Assembly: GCA_001818675.1 (NCBI GenBank)
Contig: MHJF01000023.1
Coordinates: forward strand, 1 to 47,335
DNA length: 47,335 nucleotides
Direction of reading: 5' to 3'
From: Candidatus Harrisonbacteria bacterium RIFCSPHIGHO2_02_FULL_40_20
Lineage (GTDB): Bacteria > Patescibacteriota > Minisyncoccia > UBA6257 > WO2-44-18
This document shows, one piece after another, positions 42,026-47,335 of the stretch. Made by a program: the position numbers and the translations under genes. Each line of letters starts with the position of its first letter. Positions within the stretch are counted from its first letter, which is position 1. Under the pieces are notes generated by a model that was not told where the DNA came from, did not search any database, and was given only the letters and a program-made list of their open reading frames with translations.

Positions 42026-44248
42026 ATGCACTTAAAGCGTTTGGAAATACTTGGATTTAAGTCTTTTGCGCAAAAAACTGTTTTAGATTTTCCCGCCGGC
42101 ATTTCCGTTGTTGTCGGTCCGAATGGCAGTGGGAAATCCAATATTATTGACGCGATTCGCTGGCTTTTAGGCGAGCGGGAAGCTAAAAATATTCGCGGCG
42201 CTAAAGCTGAAGATTTGATTTTTTCCGGCACGCCTTTGCGGTCTCGAACCAGTATGGCGCAAGTCACGATTATTTTTGATAACACCAGTCGTTTTTTTCC
42301 GGTGGACTATTCGGAAATTTCTATCCGCCGGCAGGTGACTCGCGATGGAATTTCGCAATATTTTTTAAACGATGTAGAAATTCGCCTTAAAGATATTATT
42401 GATTTTTTTGCTAAGGTTCGGTTGGGCACCAAGGGTTTAGCGATCGTCAATCAGGGCGAAAGCGATATTTTTGTTCGGGCTAATCCTAAAGAGCGCCGCA
42501 CGATGATTGAAGAGATTTTGGGTTTAAGGCAGTATCAATTAAAAAAACACGAAGCTGAGCGTAAACTGGAAAGCACCAAGTTTAATTTGGAAAAAACTGA
42601 CGCGATGATTAATGAATTGATGCCGCATTTGCGATTATTGCGCCGGCAGGCGGCTAAATACGGTCGGCAGGCAGAAGTAGAAAAAGAATTGCGGGATTTG
42701 GAAAATAATTATTTTTCCGTAAAGCTGAAAATTATTCAAGAAGATTTTAAGGCTTTGGAGCCAAAAATTATAGACATTGGAGCCAAGATTAAGGATAAAT
42801 TAAAAGATTTAAAAAGCGCGCAAGCGGATTTAAAAAAAGTTGAAGATTCCGCGCCAAAAGGGGATCGAGGTTTTGAGGATTTTAAAAAAAATCAGACCGC
42901 GCTTTTAGGGAGGCGCGCAACTTTACAAAAAGAACTGGGGCGCTTGGAAGGACAATTAGAATTTTTGCTTGCGCAACCGAAAACCGATATTCCCGCGGCG
43001 CAGGCGATCAAACTTTTATCAGAATTAAAATTAGAGATTTCCACGATTACTGCCGGAGGTGATATAGAAAAGATGCGAGGATCTTTACGCGGGCTTTTGG
43101 AAAAAATTGATCGTCTGTTGGATTCTGGCGGAAAAGAAAAAGAATCGCGGTCTAAAGAATTAGAAAAATCTAAAGAGCGTTTATTGGCGGAGCTATTCGG
43201 TTTAGATAAAACTTTAGAAGTATTAAATGAATCAGAATTGAAATTAAATACCGAATTAAAAAATTTTAATGAAACGTTTAAAAAAGTTTTTGAACAGGTA
43301 GAGGCTAAGAAAGATGAGATTTCGCGTTTGGAAAATCAAAAGAATCAGCTGTTGTTTGATAAAGAACGGATAGAAATTCGTAAGCAAGAACTGGCTAATT
43401 TGGCGGCGCAGGCTAGCCGAAAATTAAGTGAGTTTGAGGGCGTGGCAGGTGGCGAGTTGGGGGATTTAGCAGGAGCAGACTTGTCCGCCGTAGCCTTGGC
43501 GGAGGCGGAGAAAAAAATGTTTAAATTGCGTGCGGAACTTGCCGGTATTGGCGAACTAGATCCCGCTTTAATTAAAGAAGCGCAGGAAATTGAAGCTCGG
43601 TATAATTTTTTATCCACGCAAGTGGAAGATTTAAATAAAGCGGTTAAGGACTTAGGGGTTTTAATTGAGGATTTAGATAACAAACTTCATACAGAATTTA
43701 CTAAATCTTTACACGCTATTAATGAGCAATTGAACCATTATTTCCGATTAATGTTTGGCGGCGGCCACGCAAAGTTGCGGTTAGAAAAAATAGAAATTAA
43801 AAAAGAAGAAATTTCTTCCGAAGAAGTAAATTTGGAAAACGCGGGAACGGAAGAAGGAGGTAGCGATGAAGACGCGGAGCACAAAGTTGATCATGGCGGC
43901 ATTGAAATTGACGTGAGTATTCCTAAAAAGAAAATCAGCGGGTTAGATATGTTGTCGGGAGGCGAGCGGAGTTTGGTTTCTATCGCGGCTTTATTTGCTT
44001 TAATTTCTGTAAGCCCACCGCCATTTTTAGTTTTGGATGAGGTGGATGCGGCTTTAGACGAACGGAATGCCCGTAGGTTTGCAGAGATGATTTCCGAATT
44101 TTCTCAAAAAACCCAGTTTTTATTAGTCAGCCATAATCGCGCCACTATGGAAGCCGCGGATATTTTATATGGCGTTACAATGGGTGAGGACGGCACATCC
44201 AAAGTTTTGTCTTTGAAATTAGAATCCGCCGAAGCAGTGAGGCAGTAA
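42026..44248 (+). CDS. smc: SMC-family chromosome partition ATPase, short form
   Basis: 740 aa from MHLKRLEILGFKSF. Contains GPNGSGKSN, a C-terminal LSGGERSL and LVLDEVDAALD. The middle is coiled-coil-like with no recognisable hinge. Confidence 0.85.
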   Translation: MHLKRLEILGFKSFAQKTVLDFPAGISVVVGPNGSGKSNIIDAIRWLLGEREAKNIRGAKAEDLIFSGTPLRSRTSMAQVTIIFDNTSRFFPVDYSEISIRRQVTRDGISQYFLNDVEIRLKDIIDFFAKVRLGTKGLAIVNQGESDIFVRANPKERRTMIEEILGLRQYQLKKHEAERKLESTKFNLEKTDAMINELMPHLRLLRRQAAKYGRQAEVEKELRDLENNYFSVKLKIIQEDFKALEPKIIDIGAKIKDKLKDLKSAQADLKKVEDSAPKGDRGFEDFKKNQTALLGRRATLQKELGRLEGQLEFLLAQPKTDIPAAQAIKLLSELKLEISTITAGGDIEKMRGSLRGLLEKIDRLLDSGGKEKESRSKELEKSKERLLAELFGLDKTLEVLNESELKLNTELKNFNETFKKVFEQVEAKKDEISRLENQKNQLLFDKERIEIRKQELANLAAQASRKLSEFEGVAGGELGDLAGADLSAVALAEAEKKMFKLRAELAGIGELDPALIKEAQEIEARYNFLSTQVEDLNKAVKDLGVLIEDLDNKLHTEFTKSLHAINEQLNHYFRLMFGGGHAKLRLEKIEIKKEEISSEEVNLENAGTEEGGSDEDAEHKVDHGGIEIDVSIPKKKISGLDMLSGGERSLVSIAALFALISVSPPPFLVLDEVDAALDERNARRFAEMISEFSQKTQFLLVSHNRATMEAADILYGVTMGEDGTSKVLSLKLESAEAVRQ

Positions 44249-44253
44249 AAGCA

Positions 44254-44282
44254 TTGACAGATTGCCATAATTGATTTATTAT
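44254..44282 (+). promoter_or_regulatory. consensus-like promoter of the 186-aa membrane protein gene
   Basis: TTGACA-N17-TATTAT followed by GTAGCCAG. Confidence 0.65.
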
Positions 44283-44331
44283 GTAGCCAGCATTTCAGAA
44301 CTTTGAAAACCTTATTTTAAGGAGGTATTTT

Positions 44332-44892
44332 ATGGAGATTCGCCGCGATAGTTTTTTGTACCGCGTGGCTTATTTTTACAAAAATAAGGAAAGTCCACAG
44401 CCTATTGTTACTAATCTTTGTCTGTTCTTTTGGCGTTTTATTCTTGCGTTCCCTGTGGCGTTAGTAGTATTTTCAGCAATCTACGTCGTCGTGACGCTAC
44501 TCTATGTTGTAGCATTTTTATTTGGTAGGTATCTCGAAGATGGAGGGGGTGAGATCATTTTCTGTTCTTATAGAAAATGGCCCAAAATTGGAGATTATAG
44601 AATTTTGCCGATTGGTGTTTTATCTGTTTTACTAGCAGGATTTGGTATTTTTTGGCTAGTCACGGCTATTATAAATTTTTATCGAGAAATCGGCAATTTT
44701 TTACTATCCAACTTTGTCTTACTGAGCGCAGGTATAATTGTATTTTTGGCATTAGCGATATGGGGGATTGTTAAGCTGAAGCAAACAGAATTAGGCAAGA
44801 TGATCGCGGTTTATTTAGTTGCCAAAAAGCAAAAAGTTTGCCCGATTATCCAGTTTGTCGATTCCTCAAAAGAAGAAGAGACAGGATCGTAA
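44332..44892 (+). CDS. hypothetical polytopic membrane protein
   Basis: 186 aa. SD AAGGAGG. Consensus promoter upstream and terminator downstream. Confidence 0.65.
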   Translation: MEIRRDSFLYRVAYFYKNKESPQPIVTNLCLFFWRFILAFPVALVVFSAIYVVVTLLYVVAFLFGRYLEDGGGEIIFCSYRKWPKIGDYRILPIGVLSVLLAGFGIFWLVTAIINFYREIGNFLLSNFVLLSAGIIVFLALAIWGIVKLKQTELGKMIAVYLVAKKQKVCPIIQFVDSSKEEETGS

Positions 44893-44898
44893 ATTCTT

Positions 44899-44936
44899 AA
44901 ATCCGCCTCGGTTAACCCCGAAGCGGATTTTTTATT
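44899..44936 (+). terminator. intrinsic terminator after the 186-aa membrane protein gene
   Basis: AAATCCGCCTCGG-loop-CCGAAGCGGATTT followed by TTTTATTT. Confidence 0.75.
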
Positions 44937-45075
44937 TCCCTGCTTTCATCCTCACTTTTTCTTAGGTTAAATCTTATTTAGGTCAGCCTATTTTTCGCAC
45001 TAGCGTGATGGAGGGGTCGAATTTTTTATCTTCCCACCTCCACTTTTGCTTTGGTACCGCATAAGACAGGCGAAG

Positions 45076-45223
45076 ATCTTGTTTCGCCTTTTCGTAGGGA
45101 ACATCCCGCAGCTTGGCTGAGCTTGGTGCCCGACAAATGTCGGGATCAGCCGAGCGAGGGAGAAGAAATTTTTACCGCTGGAGTAAAAATATTCTGGTTC
45201 CCGTAGAAAAGGCGGGACAAGAT
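45076..45223 (+). ncRNA. Element-3 copy a: candidate structured RNA of unknown class
   Basis: A 27-nt closing helix (45076-45102 with 45197-45223; 24 pairs including 2 G-U) encloses a long arm (45114-45151) and a hairpin with loop CGCTGGA (45169-45189). Confidence 0.45.
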
Positions 45224-45231
45224 TAATTCAT

Positions 45232-45260
45232 TTGACAGGCATCCAAAGAAAAAGTATCAT
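45232..45260 (+). promoter_or_regulatory. candidate rpsP promoter (predicts a leaderless or near-leaderless mRNA)
   Basis: TTGACA-N17-TATCAT. In-frame ATGs lie 8 and 14 nt after the -10. Confidence 0.55.
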
Positions 45261-45273
45261 CTTTCTTATGTTA

Positions 45274-45591
45274 ATGTTAAAGCTTCAACGCACCGGCAAA
45301 AAGCATCAGGCGAGTTTTCGCCTCATTGTTGGAGAAAAAAGGCATAAATTAATTGGTGAACAGACCGAATATTTGGGTTGGTACACTCCGGGCCAACATA
45401 AACACGCATTTGATAAGGAACGGATTCAGCATTGGCTGAAAGTTGGCGCCAAACCCAGCGATACAGTGCATAACCTTTTAGTTGCTGCCGGCATTATTCA
45501 GGGCAAAAAAATTGCTGTACATAAACAGCCCAAAAAGAAAGAGGGCGATGCCGTTAAAGCTGCTCCGGCCGTTGAAAAACCGGCTGCTTAA
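45274..45591 (+). CDS. rpsP: 30S ribosomal protein S16
   Basis: MLKLQRTGKKHQASFRLIV matches the S16 N-terminus. An alternative in-frame ATG lies at 45268. The ORF-track start at 45232 lies inside the promoter. Confidence 0.88.
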   Translation: MLKLQRTGKKHQASFRLIVGEKRHKLIGEQTEYLGWYTPGQHKHAFDKERIQHWLKVGAKPSDTVHNLLVAAGIIQGKKIAVHKQPKKKEGDAVKAAPAVEKPAA

Positions 45592-45667
45592 AAGAGAGGC
45601 TTGACTTTTTTGGAGGGTGTGATATAATACAGAAAATTTGAAAGGTCGCAGACTAACCAGAATTGAT

Positions 45668-45970
45668 ATGGCAACTACTAAAGGAACCGATCATGAGTTC
45701 TTGGAATATGTTGTTAAGTCTATCGTTGATCATCCGGAAGATGTGAAGGTTGATCGTAAGGTAGATGAGATGGGCGTTTTGCTTTCTTTGAAAGTAAATG
45801 CTCAGGACATGGGCCAAGTAGTCGGCAGACAAGGCGCAACCGCCAAGTCTATCCGTTCTCTTTTGAGAATCGTTGGCATTAAGAATAATGCTCGCGTTAA
45901 TCTCAAAATTGAAGAGCCTGAGGGTTCTACGCATGTTCCCCGCGCTCGCAAGGAAGAGTCCGAATACTAA
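45668..45970 (+). CDS. KH-domain RNA-binding protein (YlqC/KhpA-like)
   Basis: 100 aa from MATTKG. KH GxxG loop VVGRQGATAKSIRSLL. Canonical position after rpsP. Confidence 0.85.
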   Translation: MATTKGTDHEFLEYVVKSIVDHPEDVKVDRKVDEMGVLLSLKVNAQDMGQVVGRQGATAKSIRSLLRIVGIKNNARVNLKIEEPEGSTHVPRARKEESEY

Positions 45971-45974
45971 TAAG

Positions 45975-46253
45975 TTAGAACCCATCTTTAAAATACCCCC
46001 CAGTTCGCGTTGCGAGATATTTTCTCATATCCACAAGGCGCGACGAGGAAGTTGTAGCTTAAGCTACAATGACGAAGTCGCAACGCAGAGGGACGAGAAA
46101 ATAGCCGCAACCCACAAGGGATATGGTCAATTTCCGCAATACCATCGTCGACTCCTCCTCAATGTGCTTAAAGCACAATCTCGTCGTCGCTCCTTGGTTT
46201 TACGAAAATTGATCTATATCGCGAGCGGGAGTATTTTAAAGATGGGTTCTAGA
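45975..46253. other. ~280-nt highly structured region closed by a helix of at least 21 bp
   Basis: TTAGAACCCATCTTTAAAATAC at 45975-45996 pairs with GTATTTTAAAGATGGGTTCTA at 46231-46251. Internal hairpins include TTGTAGC-TTAA-GCTACAA and TGTGCTT-AAA-GCACA. Confidence 0.7.
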
Positions 46254-46254
46254 A

Positions 46255-46290
46255 CTAAAATCCCCCTTATTGCTGGGGATTTTAGTTTAT
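46255..46290 (+). terminator. hairpin with short T-run after the structured region
   Basis: CTAAAATCCCC-loop-GGGGATTTTAG followed by TTTAT. Confidence 0.55.
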
Positions 46291-46349
46291 GGTATTATAC
46301 TCGCAGTTCGTTTACTATATTGTTCATCCTTAATCGAAAGGGGGATAGA

Positions 46350-46655
46350 ATGGATATAGGAAGAATCAAAGTGTTTTTGTTGGCGGCCGTGATTTTGATA
46401 CTTCTATTTTTTATTTTGTTGGCAAGATCTGAAACGGTAGTTGCGGAAGGAGATTTTTACGATGTTATTTATCTGGGAGATCCGAAAACTGAATTGCGCG
46501 GAACGTTGGTCTATTTAGTTGGCGGGCGGCAGTATGTGATGGGTGGAGATCATTATGTGATGAATTATCCGCAGGGTACGCGGATTCAGATTGTGAAAGA
46601 TGGGTTGGGTCGGTATAAGATTCGTCCTGTTAACAATATTGAAAAAGTTAATTAA
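46350..46655 (+). CDS. hypothetical secreted or membrane-anchored protein
   Basis: 101 aa from MDIGRIKVFLLAAVILILLFF, preceded by AAAGGGGG. The upstream part of the 260-aa track ORF is rejected. Confidence 0.6.
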   Translation: MDIGRIKVFLLAAVILILLFFILLARSETVVAEGDFYDVIYLGDPKTELRGTLVYLVGGRQYVMGGDHYVMNYPQGTRIQIVKDGLGRYKIRPVNNIEKVN

Positions 46656-46663
46656 AATTTTTT

Positions 46664-46687
46664 AAGGCGCTTCGGCGCCTTTTTTGT
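46664..46687 (+). terminator. intrinsic terminator before trmD
   Basis: AAGGCGC-TTCG-GCGCCTT followed by TTTTTG. Confidence 0.8.
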
Positions 46688-46739
46688 TTGTACAATGTCG
46701 GTTATTATAATGTCATAATCATTGGCCATCGTTAAAAAT

Positions 46740-47335
46740 ATGAAATTTGATATATTAACTATCTTTCCTAATATTTTCCAGTCTTATTTTAACGAATCAA
46801 TTTTAAAACGCGCTCAGAAAAATGGGCTTATTAAAATTGCATCGCACAACTTGCGCAATTTTACCGCAGATAAACATCATAAAGTTGATGACAGCCCTTA
46901 CGGCGGAGGACCAGGAATGGTTATAAAAATTGAACCGATTTTTAAAGCTGTTCAGCATTTAAAAGTTAAAAGCCATAAAGCCCTGCCTGCCGGCAGGCAG
47001 GTAAAAACTAGAGTAATCTTATTTTCAACACGAGGTAAAAAGTTAGATTCCAAAGTTGCTAAAAGGCTTTCTAAATATGATCAGCTGATATTAATTTGCG
47101 GGCGTTATGAGGGCGTAGATGAGCGAGTAGCGCAATACATTGCTGACGAAGAAATTTCTATTGGAGATTATGTATTATCTGGTGGCGAATTGCCGGCAAT
47201 GATTTTAGTTGAAGCGGTTTCCCGTTATCTTCCAGGCGTTTTAGGTAAATATGAATCTCTAGAAGATATTAAGGGTAGTTACCCCGTATATACAAAGCCG
47301 GAGATATTTAAACCAAGAACCCCGCCAAGGGCGAG
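46740..47335 (+). CDS. trmD: tRNA (guanine37-N1)-methyltransferase (3' end cut by window edge)
   Basis: Open to the window end and absent from the ORF track. Contains [36 protein letters not shown] and [15 protein letters not shown]. Confidence 0.92.
   Translation, partial: MKFDILTIFPNIFQSYFNESILKRAQKNGLIKIASHNLRNFTADKHHKVDDSPYGGGPGMVIKIEPIFKAVQHLKVKSHKALPAGRQVKTRVILFSTRGKKLDSKVAKRLSKYDQLILICGRYEGVDERVAQYIADEEISIGDYVLSGGELPAMILVEAVSRYLPGVLGKYESLEDIKGSYPVYTKPEIFKPRTPPRA
46978..47001. repeat. GC-rich palindromic 24-mer, copy inside trmD
   Basis: Identical 24-mer, in frame, encoding KALPAGRQ in a variable TrmD loop. Confidence 0.9.

Noticed and set aside
45005-45045. tRNA/tmRNA-like T-arm (GGAGGGGTCGAATT...CCCACCTCCAC)
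   Set aside because: There is no GTTCGAATC T-loop consensus, no acceptor, D or anticodon arms, and no CCA context. It is just an imperfect hairpin.
45103-45196. SRP (4.5S) RNA, given the position near rpsP and a GC hairpin
   Set aside because: The apical hairpin has an AAAT loop rather than a GNRA tetraloop. The conserved GGAA/AGCA helix-8 loop motifs are absent. A second inverted copy exists, which is not expected for ffs.
45873-46349. N-terminal 159 codons of the 260-aa track ORF (45873-46655), open across the structured block
   Set aside because: It overlaps the KH protein gene in another frame. The region is made of nested inverted repeats and its translation has no protein-like features. 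A terminator, a -10-like sequence and a good SD precede the internal ATG at 46350. The absence of stops is plausibly due to locally higher GC and palindromic content.
1-47335. Alternative genetic code (UGA as a sense codon, as in some candidate phyla)
   Set aside because: Well-conserved genes end at TGA at their expected C-termini (for example frr, murA, pheS and gpt). No conserved gene needs read-through.

Overview
AT-rich, gene-dense bacterial chromosomal window. I call 54 CDS. I found no rRNA, tRNA, CRISPR array, transposase or integrase. The coding content is almost entirely housekeeping: S11-S4-rpoA-L17 followed by L13-S9, murA, two mreB paralogs with mreBCD-PBP2, holB-like, frr, rseP, proS, pheST, gpt-guaB, gyrB, secE-nusG-L11, gatB, thrS, dnaE, an HtrA-like protease, L32, nusB-rnc, ftsH, smc, S16, a KH protein and trmD. 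Several of these proteins are domain-minimised: rpoA lacks the alpha-CTD, ProRS lacks the INS domain, ThrRS lacks its N-terminal editing domains, PheT lacks the OB domain, and SMC has no recognisable hinge. rplA is also absent from its usual place after rplK. From these traits I infer a small-genome, CPR/Parcubacteria-like organism; this is not proven. The unusual content is mostly non-coding. (1) A ~150-nt three-helix RNA-like element occurs twice in opposite orientation (26193-26354 and 45076-45223). Its single-stranded blocks are conserved and its helices covary. (2) A hairpin-plus-SD leader occurs four times, upstream of gpt-guaB, a Nudix gene, dCMP deaminase and a small-protein operon. 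(3) A 130-nt cassette bounded by inverted repeats, with promoter-like and leader-like content, occurs three times; its 3' arm contains the start codon of the downstream gene (a small ORF, frr, pheS). The only two differences between two of its copies are a compensatory base pair. (4) Several single-copy structured insertions with long stems sit inside conserved operons. (5) A 4.6-kb deoxynucleotide-metabolism island (two Nudix genes, dCMP deaminase, tmk, two deoxyribosyltransferase-fold proteins) sits where rplA would be expected. All functional interpretations of the non-coding elements are hypotheses that need covariance-model searches and transcript data.
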